A stretch of 64,000 nucleotides of DNA from Lama guanicoe (Eukaryota): the NCBI GenBank assembly GCA_013239625.1, contig MU054823.1, positions 152,305 through 216,304 on the forward strand, read 5' to 3'. Made by a program: the position numbers and the translations under genes. Under the pieces are notes generated by a model. That model was given only the letters and a program-made list of their open reading frames with translations, ran no database searches and was not told the origin of the DNA. This document shows, one piece after another, positions 47,505 to 59,420 of the stretch. Numbering within the stretch: position 1 is the stretch's first letter; each line of letters starts with the position of its first letter.

Positions 47505-49026
47505 GACAGTGTCGGATGAGCTGTGGGAGCCCAGTGCTGGCGGCCAGGCACTGCACTTGCACGCGGCAAGAGCCACAGTCGCTCTGGACCCTCAGTCCCA
47601 GGTGCCAGAGGCTGCCTCTGGGCTCCCCTGTCCTCATGCATCCCCAGTGCCCACTCGAGGAGGGCGGCTTCCCAGGTAGGGGTGTCCAGCCACTCCCCTT
47701 AGACCCTGAGGGAACCGTCCCCGGAGAGCCGGGTGGGCTGGCGATGTGCTCTGCAGCCCAGGTGCCCACTCCGCTGTGCTGGGCTCCCATCCCCCGCCCT
47801 CCAGCCTGTCCCTGTCCACACCCGCCCTCGGGACTAGGTCAACCCAAGCGAAGCTTCTGCCTGTCCCGTAGTGAGCCTTGCTGGGCACCCCTCCCACCAG
47901 CCCACCCAGCTCCCTACACGCTGGAGAAGGCTCAGCTCCCTTCCTGCCCTGCGCCTGCCTCCACACAGCAGCCTGGGGTGCCCACAGCACTACCAAGGCC
48001 AGCCGCTGTGACACCCTTTACTGTCCCTCTGTGCACAGAACGGGGACCCCTTCCTGCTTCTGTACTTCCAGTCACTTCATCCTCACAGGCCCCTCCCTTT
48101 CTGCATCCAGGGCAGACCCCAGACCCAAGCCTGCAGTGCAGTCATTGTGCCTGCTGCCTGCCCCATCCCGACTTCCCACTCTGCCAAGCTCGGCCCCCGC
48201 CTCACCCTGTCTCCGCCCCTGTCTCCCCCAGGCCCCGCCCCACGCATCCTCGCCCTGCAGTGGGGCTGGGGCACCCAAGGCCACTGCTCCAGCCCACAGG
48301 CAGGTATCTGTGGAGCCGTCTTATCCCCTTGCGCCGGGTGCCTCCAACGTGCTCTGGCCCCTTCGGACCCCATCCCTGCCGCTGTGGCACCAAACTGGGC
48401 TCCTTGGACCATGAGCCCTCAGTGTCCCCAAGCCGCACCTCCTGGAGACAGCCCCTTAGGTGCCACGGAGGGGACACTGCCCTGGTCCCGTGGAGATATG
48501 GCTCAGGACTTGGCCTCAGAGGGAGGAGTGAGAGGTGGGAGGGGTGCCCCCCGCGGCCCTAGGCAGGTTGGGGGTGGGGGTCCTCGTGGCCACCAGGGGG
48601 CAGCCGCTGCCTGCTCAAGTGGCTGCAGGAGGGGCGGGGTCTTTGGGCAGCAGCAGGTTTTGTGAAGGGCAGGCCACGGTACCCTGGAGAGCAAGGAAGA
48701 CCTCTGCAGGCCAAGCCCCACCCCCTCTCCAGGCACCGTCCCTGACCCTCCGTGGGGTCCCCAGGCAAGAGCAGCCCTGGGAGCCCAGCCCCTGTGACCT
48801 ATCGCCTGCGTCCTGACTTCAGCGCTCCTGGGGAGGGGGAACCTGTGGGGGTGCTAATGGGGGGTGCTGAGGGAGAGCAGCCTCCCAGGTGGAAGGGCAG
48901 GGCTCCCCCACCTGCCTGCGCCTGGGGACAGGGCGTCCAGGTGTGTCCCTCCCAGACCCACCTGCTCCGAGAATGCCCCTCTCAGCAGAACCGGCCAAGG
49001 TCACCTCAGCACTTATTAATTTGATT

Positions 49027-49032
49027 AATAAA
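49027..49032 (+). terminator. Candidate RHPN1 distal polyA signal AATAAA
   Basis: AATAAA in an isolated AT-rich patch, followed by ctgtgcgt. Confidence 0.5.
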
Positions 49033-51889
49033 ACTGTGCGTCAAGGAAGCCATTACCCACTAATCGGGGACGACAGGGCTGGCAGGTCCCATCCCAGATC
49101 CAGCAAGTCCCCCACGTCCTGCGGCCAGCCTGGCCCTGAGGGGGGTCAGGAGCTGCCACCTGCTTCTTGCTGCAGGCAGGGAGGCCCCTTCCCAAAGACC
49201 GCGCCCTCCCCACTCAGGCCCTGCCAGGGCTCTCCCAGCCCCTACCCAGACAAGCGGCCTCTTTCCTGTCCCTCAGGCAGGCCAGGGTCTTTGCTCCTCA
49301 GAGATGGGCTGGGCTGTGCATCCAGGGGAGCCCCAGCTCTCCAGGAAGCAATGAACCCCTTTTCCAGACGGGAAGGAAGTGTTGACTGAGGGCCACAGGC
49401 CAAGCAGCACCCCTCAGGGCCTGTGGGAGTCTCTGCCTGCACACCTCCTGCCACTTGAGGCACCTGTCCGCTGTCCCTGGGCCCTAAGAGAGGAATGCCA
49501 CCCTGTGTCCACCCACATCTCGGCACACGGGGACAGAGTGGCCTGTCCAGTTTTCCTGGCATCTCCCTAGTTCCCCGAGACTTCCCATCTGCCTGCCCGC
49601 AGCAGCGCTCCAGTCTCATTCTGCCTTCTGCCTTCCTCTGCCTTCCTCAGACTCAGCCACCTCTCATGTCTCGGCTTTAGACCCCCACTTTCAGGCTTAG
49701 CCACATCACATAGTCGCTGTGTCACAGATGGGCCATGGGTCACGGACAGGGATCACACCAGCTCATCCAGAAACTCCATGAATACCTGGGGAGATGCGAG
49801 CGTCCCACTTGTGTGTCACCTGGGGCAGGCCCAGGAGCTGCTGAGACAGCCCAGGACACTGCCCAGTGCGGGGAGGGCCCACGGAGGACGTGGGAGAGTG
49901 CGGGGCTGAGCACATTGTGCTGACTGGTTCCCAGGGACAGCACACAGGGAGGGCACGTGCACGCGGCCATGTGCCACTGCCCCCAACACCCCTCCCCACC
50001 CCCCAGCCCCATGCAGGGGCATCTCATTTTCCAGAGTGGTCCTCCCTGGGCGGGGAGGTTGGGGTGAGTGCGCGCTGTGATCCTTTTTGCTTTGCCAACA
50101 GAAAACTGCCGAGAGGGGAAAAGGCAAACTCCATTTCGCTTGGGTCAGCAGTGAGGCCGGTGCAGATTAATGTGAGGAGAGGAGCAGGCGGAAGGCGGTG
50201 GGGCCAGGGAGGGGGTGGGGCTCAGTGATCACAGGGGAGGGCCAGGCGGAGGGCAGGTGCTGGGGCCACAGGCTGGGGATGACCCTGGGCTCCCACTGCA
50301 CCCCACCCTGACCCTCACTGGCCTGGCCCAGGCCCCTCCACCTCAGCCTCCATCTACCTCTGATCCCCCAAGTGGCAGGGTGGCCCAGGAACCTCTGAAA
50401 CAGGGCCTGGATTAATGGCACACCGCGGCTGGAACCCCACTAGTGGTGTCCACCTGGTGCTCCCCAACTTCCACCCCACCAGACACTGACCTCTGGGCTG
50501 AGCCCACAGGAGTCAGCACTCGGGCCCAGAGCCAGTCTGAGAGGTGGTAAGAGGCACCAACGCCATGCAGCCATCTGGGGGCCAGCCAGGGTGGTCCCAG
50601 GGCCCTGAGGATCCAGGGTGTTGGGGGGGCAGTAAGTGGGAGGAGCAGCAGTTCCAGCCCCGCGTTCCTGGTGGGGCCGAGTTCCCAGGGCCCTGCCCAG
50701 GAGGTTGGGGTAGCAGTCTGTCAGCCCTTGTGGAGGCCAGGACGTAGGGGACAGCCCAGGGAACCCAAGCACACGCAGCTGCCACAGCAGAGCCACCTCT
50801 CAGTGGGTGCTCCTGGAACCCCTCGGCTGAATCCTGGCCAGCACATCTGCCTGGCCCGTCTCCTGGGGCAGAGGGTCCCTTGGCTCACAGCCCTGGAGGG
50901 ACAAGGAGGAGTGGAGAGGCGGTGACTGCCCTGAGTTCTCAGGGGCAGAGCGCACCCAGCGCTCAGCTGGCACGCTGGGGAAGGCCCTGTGCTTCTGACC
51001 GGACTCCTCACTCCCTCCTGACTGTGGGGCACCGGCCCCAGTCCTGCCCCTCCTGAAGCGGCTCCCCAACCCCCACCAGCGGTGCCATTGCCTGCTGACC
51101 TGTGGCCCTCCTCGTCCTCCCCCTCCTCCCCGCCTCCTCTCCTCCCCACCCTCTCTGCCCTCCCCTTCCCCCTCCCGGGAGTCCCCTCCCAAGGGGCCTG
51201 CAGTCTCTCAGTGGCGGAGGGCCTCGGGGCGGTAGGTGTGGAGTGGAGGCGGGGTGTGCGGGCTCTCGGGGCGGGGAAGGGCAGGGAAGAGTGGGGCAGA
51301 CCTGTTCAGCTGAAGCCTGAGGCTCCACTTGGGAGGCCTGGGGACATGGAGGGCGCCAGCTCCCAGACTGCAAAGAAGGCAGCTGGGTTTAAGTTTTTCT
51401 ATCTGTGAGCTCAGAGTCCTCAGAGGGACGGTACTGTCTGGGAGTCCCGCACTCCTCCTGGAGGGGATGCGCCCACGGTGACTCCCTCCTCTCGGAGCGT
51501 TGACCACTGACTCAGCCGGGGTTGGGGGTCAACCCAGAAATCAGGTGCTCACACTCACCCTCACGCTCACTGTCACACCCTCCCAGGCCTCGCAGACCCG
51601 AGTCAGACATGCTGCACTGGCACACACGCAGGAGGAAGCACGGCTGGCGGGGGGCAGAGTCAGCCCCGGAAAGGCAGGAAGGACCCTCCTCACTTCCTGT
51701 ATCCCCTCCCAGGCTCCTGAGAGGAGCCTCTGTCCACCTGCTGCCTTTCCCCTCCCCTTCCCTCCCCTCCCCCACCCCGCAAGACTCACCTTTGCTGCCC
51801 TCACCTGCTCCATCTGTCCCAACCCTCCATCAATGTTAAGACCAGTAACAGCTCCAGACAGTGGCCACGGCCAGTCAACAGCCCCTCCA

Positions 51890-52045
51890 CACCCCCATCC
51901 CCACAGCCATCAGCACCATCACCTCCACCACTGTCACCAATGTCCACGTCAGCATTTCCCCACCCTGCATCCCCATCACCCCTGTGGCCAACATCCACAG
52001 CAGTGTCACCACTAACTTGGTCTTAATCCCCTCAGCCACCACAAC
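51890..52045. repeat. Low-complexity (CAC/CAT)n-like tract
   Basis: ccatcagcaccatcacctccaccactgtcacc... Confidence 0.6.
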
Positions 52046-53457
52046 ACAGCAGCTTTATAAGCCCCTGGCCAGCCTCCCCTTCTCCATCATCCCTTCTTCT
52101 GGACAGGTCACCTCCGGCTGGGGCCAGTCCGTGCTGGGGTGATGGTGACGGGGCCAGAATCAGCCAGGGATTGGCTCTGGAGAGCCCCAGAGCCCAGCTC
52201 GACTGGCATCACTGAGCTGCACTCTGGGCACTAAGAGGTCAAGGCAGCCCCCATTCCCCGGGGGGCTGACCGACTGGGGGACCAGGGCAGGCGTTTTGGG
52301 GCAGTGGCAGGAGCAAGCACAGGGAGCTCTGGGAGCCCAAGGGGCCTTCACTGCCCCGCATTTCAGACTGGGCCCAGCAGGAGTGGGGGTGAGGAGAGTC
52401 TAAAGGGGCAAAGAGGCAGGACGGAGCCAGGCAGGGACAGGGTGCCTGGGGCGGTGGGGGACTCCTTCCATGGGCTTTTTCATGAGCTGGGCCCCTGCCT
52501 GTGGGGGGCATAGCTGCAGAGCTGCACCCCACTCCCAGAGGCGCCCAGGCAGCCTGGACGCTGAGGTCCAGGGTTTGCAGTCCCAGAAGCACAGCTCTGA
52601 GGACGCCGTGGGGGTGCCTGGGCCGGGTGTGGTGGGACTCTGGTTCCGAGAGGAGGAGCAGGTTAGCGTGGGCCAGCTCAGGATGGACCCACTGGGCCTG
52701 GGCTGCCAGTGGGCACGAGGGTGTGTCCGGGGAGCCGGGCATGGTCTAGAGCTGGAGGGAGAGGGTTGTTGGAGGGAACTGCAGGGCCACCTGCAGTCCT
52801 GGGAGAGGGTGGTCAGGCTGGAAGGGTCCGGGGGAGGGCTGAGAATCTCGAGGGGGAGTGGCGGGGAGGTCAGAGGGGAGCAGGGGCACAGCTGCTGAGG
52901 GGAGAGGACGCGGCCAGCACCCTCCTTGCCCCCAGGCCAGCCAGGCCAGCCCTGCTGAGGGTAAGTGGCTGGAGCTACAGGCCCCGGGGACTCTGAGGTC
53001 TCTCTGGAGGGTGGAGGGGGCGGAGTCCGGGAGGGGCGGGGCCCTGCCAGTCAGACAGCCCAGACCAGGCTGCGGGCAGGCCCTCCCGGGGTGGAGGGGG
53101 CCCTGAGCTGGTGGGAGGAGGGTGGACTAGAGGCCTGGGCAGGTCCCACCTGGGGTCAGCCCCTCTGGGGTCAGAGGGCTCACCTTGCCTTGACCAGGAG
53201 GAAGGCCGCAGTAGGCCACCCCTTCTGGGAGTGGGGGCTCGCTGCCTCGGTCTCCCTCATCCCCCACACACTCTGTCCCAGGTGTGGGCTATGCTCTCTT
53301 CTCAGCCGCCTGTGACCTACGGGGGTCCTGCCGGCAGAGGTCCACCCTGGAAGAGGGCCCATGCATAATGCAGTATTTACCTGGGGATGATTGGCAGGGG
53401 CCCCCCAGGCTCCACACTCCCCTCCCCCGCAGCCCCTGGATGGGCGAGCCAGACGTG

Positions 53458-53605
53458 NNNNNNNNNNNNNNNNNNNNNNNNNNNNNNNNNNNNNNNNNNN
53501 NNNNNNNNNNNNNNNNNNNNNNNNNNNNNNNNNNNNNNNNNNNNNNNNNNNNNNNNNNNNNNNNNNNNNNNNNNNNNNNNNNNNNNNNNNNNNNNNNNNN
53601 NNNNN
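53458..53605. other. Assembly gap (148 N)
   Basis: Run of N. Confidence 1.
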
Positions 53606-56600
53606 TGAGCCGCACAATCCAATAGCGGCTGTTAAATACTGCAGCCCCCCATTCATTACCCCACGGTGCTCACTTCTGAGAATGACACCTGCCACCCAAC
53701 TCCCGCCCCCAGGTCCAGCCTTGGCTGGTCCAGGCCTCCTACCCCAGAGCCCCTCCCAGGCCCCAGCCCTGGACCACTGTCTGGCTGAGTGGGCCACTGG
53801 CTGCCCCAGCACAGACCCAGGGCCCCAAAGACTGAGTGAGGTAGCAGCATGGTGAGGGGGGAGTAGACAGGGTGAGGGGTGCTGACGGGGGGCCTGCTGG
53901 TGATGGAGGAGTCCATGGAACTGGCCACACGGGCAGAAGGCTGGCAGTGGTGGTGGCTGAGGCAGCCAACCATTGGCCATGTGGCCATGAAGATCAGTGT
54001 TGCTGGCTGTGGAGACAGGCTGGTGCTAGGGTGAGGGGTCAGGGGGCCAGCCGCTGTGGGGACTGTGCAGAGCTGCTGATGGTGGAGGGTGCCGGGCCCT
54101 GGGGGAGCGGGCAGCTCTCTCCTGGGAGCTTGCTCCTACAGAAGTGCGCAACATGCCTGTCCCTCCCCTCCCCACCAACTGGGCGGGTGGCTGAGCCACA
54201 GGAGCCCTGAGGGTGTCCGGACTGGAGGCCCTCTGCCCACTGCCCTCACACACAGCCGCTTGTGGGGCGGGCAGGAGGCTGGGAAGCTGTCACTCTGTGG
54301 AGGCCACAGGAGCCAGGGGCTGGGGACAGCAAGAGGGTTCTGGGTGACCCTAGACACGGGCGCTGCCAAGGGGACTCCTTCCCTACTAAGAGGAGGAGGC
54401 CAGGCCCAAGAGTGGGCAGTCTGAGGTCCTCCGTGCCCAGCATGGGGTCTGCACCTGGCCGGGAGGCTGAATTGATTGATTTTCCATTAAACTGGCAAAT
54501 CTCGGTCTTTTTCTCCCCTCCCTCCTGGAGCCCCTCCTTAAAACTCCACTGCTCTGACAGCTGCATTCATCAGCAGCCCCTTTCCCGCTGACCCCTCTTG
54601 GGAGCTGTGGCCAACACACTTCCTGTCACCTTGCGCCTCACCTCCCTGAGGGGGCACCCTCCAGCCTGGCCTCAGACAGGCAGGACCCCAGGGAAAGCCC
54701 AGGGCCCAGAGGGCAGCCCCCTCACCTGGGTCCCTCTCCTCGGGGCCCCAGCCAGCCCGCTCCCGTGATGGCCCCTGGTCCATCTGCCCTGCGCCCCTAC
54801 CCTTCCCCGGCCTGTCCCCTTACGCCCCCACCCCACCCAGACTGCGTTTTACAGTCTCTCCTGGACCTGTGACTCTGAGCTGCTGAGCTACCACCCTCCT
54901 AAGTCCTCTCGGGGCTCCGCTCCCCTCATTTGTTCATTCATTCGCACGTCTCCTGAGTGTGTCCTGGAGTCCTGCCCTGACAGTGCTCGCTGCCTGGCCA
55001 GGGCTCAGTCCTGGTCCCTGCTCCCAAGAAGTGGGTGGGTTGCCAGAGGACAGACAGGTAAGAGGAGGGCCCCAGTGGGGTGGGGGGTGCAGATGGCCCC
55101 AGGTTGGGAAGAGACAGAGTGGGTGCCCAGCCAAGGGGTGCGCTTGGAGCAGGTGTGGTGCTGACGTGAGCATTGGGCCCAAGTCTGTGGGAAGTGGATG
55201 GAGCTGGGGCCTGGTTCTGGGGCAGGGCAGAGCCCAGGGTGCTGGGGCAGCTAGAGGAGCCCCGCAGGCCCTGCACAACCTCCTCATCCGCCCCTGGGGC
55301 TGCTGCAGGAGACCGCCTACAAGGAGCCCTGTGCCCAGAGGGGCGCACACTTGGGGTCCTCGTACCTGCATAGCCATAGGGATCCACAGCCCAAGGGGTG
55401 ACTGGCCCCAGGCCATGAGCATGTGGGACACTGGGCAGCATCAGCTCCCCAGCCCTGCAGTGCCTTGGCCAGCGGGCTCTGGGAAATGGCTCCACTGCCC
55501 GTCAACCCCTCACCCGGCCCTGCTGGAGCCAGATAGTCGCGGCTGTGGTGAGATGTGGTCTTGTGGATCAAATCCCAATTCATTAGCGGTGCAGGCTTGG
55601 GTGGGAGGGCGGGTGTGGGCGGGGGGCCGAGGCCCTGCCTGCGGTTTTCCGGGTGGCCTGGCTGCCTGGCTCCAGAGGCTCCCTGACCCCACCAAGAGAA
55701 CCTGCTTCCAATAATCAATCCAGGGACGGCACGTGCCAGCCATGAATCACTCAGACCACAGAGTGCGGCCCAAGGTGACTTGAGCCTGGTCCTACGGCTT
55801 AGGTGTGCCCAGGGCCAGTGGGGGCCCAGGTCCCAGCCCAGCCCTTTCTCTGACCTGATGCCTCTGTTGCTTCCACTTTGTCTCCGGGCCTCTTCTCGGG
55901 ATCTTTGCTCCCTGCTCCTCTCCTTCCTGGCCTGTCTCTCAGGTGCTGCCTCTTGTTCTGATTCTCAAGAGCCTCTCCTCCCAGAAACACCATCTCGTGG
56001 GTGAATGCACCTGTTTCTTCTAAGCATCAGCAACTCCTCACACCAGGAAGGGTCTGGAGTGCCTAGGACCAGCCAGTGCAGGAGGAAACCAGGCCATCCA
56101 GCAGGCCCCTTGGAACAGGCTGGCAGTATGCCCACTAAGATTCAGAGGTCACAGCAGAGTTCCCACTTTGCCTGGGGAAAGGGTCCCCCTGACCTGCAGG
56201 ATAGTGCGCCAGATGTGTCCTGATCCCCCGGCAGGGCCCGGGCTGTCCTGCTGCGGCCAGAGGAACTCCAGCTCCCACTGCAGGCTGGGCCTCTGCTCTG
56301 CCCAGTGGCACTGCCAGGCAGCATCAGGGATGCCCTGGCCCTCAGGGAGGACCAAGCAGAACACTGTCGGCAGGAGTCGGGGGGCGTGTTCCACCTCCAT
56401 GCGCAAACCCTGACCACGCTGCACAGGCAGCCCCCACCTCCCCCAGGGCCCGGCAAGACCAGCATCCACCTGATCAATAGCCAGGCACATTCCCACATCC
56501 TGAACTGGGACAGATCTGCTGACCCAGGCCGGCCTGCCCCATCCTGTTCTGTCAATAGCAGATCATCCATGCTGTGCTGCCTTCCGCCCCCCAGGGAGCC

Positions 56601-59244
56601 TCAGTAGGACAGTGGCCGGGCTCTGCAGCCACCCTGGGGTGTGGCCCTGGGAGCGAGGTGGGCAGGTGGGTAGTCAGCTGGAGGCTCCCGGGCCTCTCCA
56701 CCCCTCCTGTCTCCCTGGTGGCCTCCAAGGCCTGGCAGGATGGCCCTCAAAGCTGCCTGGGGGCCTCCACCGGGCCTCACTCCCAGGACTCCTGCAGGGC
56801 TCCGAGGCACTGCCCGTCGGGTGGAAAGGCCTGGTAAGACCTTAGAGTCCCACCAGGGCACTGGGAGGAATCCCTGGGCCTGACTACTCTCAGTTCGGAG
56901 GACTTTCTAAGAGGCAAAGCTGTCCCAGATAGTGAGGGGCATGGAGGAGTGAGCTCCTCATCACAGCGCTATCAAGGAAGAGGCCAAGTGTCCCTGACAG
57001 CAGGCAGCCAGGCCCCTGTCTGGTCAGAGGATCTGCCACCCACTGTCCCCAAGAAAAGGGGCCCGTGCTCCCCAAGCAACATGCGCACCATGTCCTGTGC
57101 CTCCCTGAGCAGCCCTGGCCACGCAGGCGGGGCTTCCTGCCTAGAGAACAGGGGCTCCAAGAGGAGACTGGCCAGCACAGGGGTAAGCCTGGCCCACGAG
57201 GAGTGGGGGCCAGAGAGGTGCAGGCCATGGCCGGTGGGGCAGTTGGCCAGGGCAACCACCGCCCCTGCCCCCACCTCTGGCCCCCACACCATGGCTTCTT
57301 ACAGGCCCTGGTTCCTGTTCCCCAGGCCCCTGCCTTCCCCCTGGCTCTTGACTCCCCAGGGAACATCCCAGGCCCTTCCCTGGAGTCTGGGGGAGGAGAG
57401 TCCAGTGCAGAAGTCCCATTTTAGCCCCAAGGCCTGAGCGTGGCCAGCCTCCACGCTCTGCCCGCTCACAGTCCCCACGTCCCCACAGCAGAGGTGTGCA
57501 GAGAGTGTGCAGGAGCGGGGACCCTGCTGCCCCTGTTGCAGTGTCTGGGTCTGTGTATTTCACAGTGTGTGTGATCTGTTGCTCAGTCACACAGGTAAAC
57601 ACGTGATAAATAAACTCACAAGTAAACACTCCTGGGCCCGGTTTACTGAGCCCCCTGGACAGCCTGGTGCTTCATTCATGGAGGGGCCTGGCCCCCAGCC
57701 ATCCACTCAGCAAGCACCTCAACCCAATGGGTGGGGCCAGGAGGCAGACGGGGGACATCTGGGGGCTCAGTGCTCAGGCACCTGGATGGAATCACAAAAG
57801 GGAGGTATATTTCTGCTTGGCAAGGGGCACTACAAAGGATTTTGAGGAGTGAATAGGAGTTCTCTAGGCTGACTAAAGAGGCTTGAAACAGCCTGGTATG
57901 GGGAGGGCAGAGGGAGTGAGGCAGCCAGGAGGGCCAGTTCAGGGGCCCCAGAGGAGGGCTTAGAGGGTCGGAGATGCAGTCAGAAGGTCGCTTGGCCACC
58001 GTGGGGATTGTGGGTTGAACGGGTAGTTGGGAGGTGTCCTGGGACCCTGTCACAGCCTCTCAGGCTGGTAGGGCTAGGCTTGAGCTTCCACTTTAGTGCC
58101 CAGAGAAGTTCAGAGACCTGTCCGGTGTCACACAGCATTTGGGCAGAGTTGGTGGACGCAGACACTCACCTCTGGGCCTGCTCAGAGCAGTTTGTTGGGG
58201 TTTGACAGGGAACCCCCAAAGGCAAGCCCAGCCTCCACCACCACATCCCCTGCCAGGGGTGACCCCTCACTACGTGCACAGTGCGGGTGGGAGGAGGCTG
58301 GTGGGCTCTGTGCTCTCTGCCCTTGAAGGAGGCTGGGTAGGGGCAGACTTCGCTTGGGGACTAGGATTTACCTGTTCTTGGAACTGGTGTTTATGAATAT
58401 TCCTAAAGAGGAAAATCAATCAATTATCCGAAACCGTGGCCATTTTTCTAACTGGGAGAACAAGCAGTTTTATACACCTCGGAATAGACACAGGGGTGGA
58501 TCGATGGCCGAGCGGGCGGCCCTCTAAATCCTCCCTGGGCTGGCAGCCACCCGACTGACCGGCTTCCTCGGGCAGACTTCCACCTCCCCGCCAGGCACCT
58601 CCGCGCCTCCGGCACTGCCAGGTCAGCAGCGCCACCGCCGGCTCATTGGCCCAGGAGCTGTGACCCCTCAGGGTGGCCGGCCTGGGACAGGATGCTCCTT
58701 TTGGTCAGTCTCAAATGCTCCTGCCAAGGTCTCCTCCCCAGGCATGAGGACCCCCCACCGACCCTGTAGACCCAGCTTGTGGGCAATGCGAGGATCCTGT
58801 GAGGAGCTCCCTGTGGGGTCGGGGCCTGCCCTGTCCTGACCCAGCAGGATGCCAGGCTGTCTCAGCATGGGGGTAGGTTAACGGCAGAGTTGAAAAAGTT
58901 CAATACACCAGCTAAAAACTGACCTGCTTTTTATCATCTATGACACACTAAGCACTGTCAATAAGAAAACACCCCACCCCCCGTGGACCCTCCCCTGCGC
59001 CCCCAGCCCTGAGCCTGGGCCTGGGGAAGGCCTGCCCTTGGGGAGCCCCAGCACCAACCTGGCCTGGAACCCAGCCATGCAACCCCCAGAGTCCCCTTGG
59101 CCACTGCTACCCCACCCAGGACAGCCCTGAGGTGGGCCTGGCCAGCATGGGAACAGAGTCTGTGAGACACAGTCACCCCTCCCCCGCCTCAGTCCGGTCT
59201 CCTGGGAGCCGGTGGTGAGGGCACAGAAACGGGACAGTTTGATT

Positions 59245-59420
59245 TTTTAAAAATTTCTATTGTGTTAAAATATAGTTAACATAAACTTCACCATCTTAGT
59301 CATTCTTACGTGCACAGTTCAGTGGCACACATTTACACTGCTGTGCAGCCTTCACCATCAGTTCTAGAACTTTTTCATCTTCCCAAACTGAGACTGCTTC
59401 CTTAAGCCCCAATCCCCTCC
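59245..59420 (-). mobile_element. LINE-1 3' end fragment
   Basis: taacataaacttcaccatcttagtcattctta..tgcacagttcagtggca...ctagaactttttcatcttcccaaactgagact. Confidence 0.75.

Noticed and set aside
47516-48562. 348-aa Pro-rich ORF after RHPN1, and similar long ORFs at 6441, 18286, 20467, 53180 and 54959
   Set aside because: Low-complexity P/G/A/R/S composition expected in GC-rich DNA, with no recognisable domain or splice support.
51500-52015. His-rich ORF (HPHPHSHQHHHLHH) as a MAFA fragment
   Set aside because: It arises from a (CAC/CAT)n low-complexity tract and has no other MAF motifs.
53180-53980. MAFA coding sequence hidden at the N gap
   Set aside because: No bZIP or poly-His MAF sequence flanks the gap, there is no CpG island, and the nominal gap is only 148 nt.
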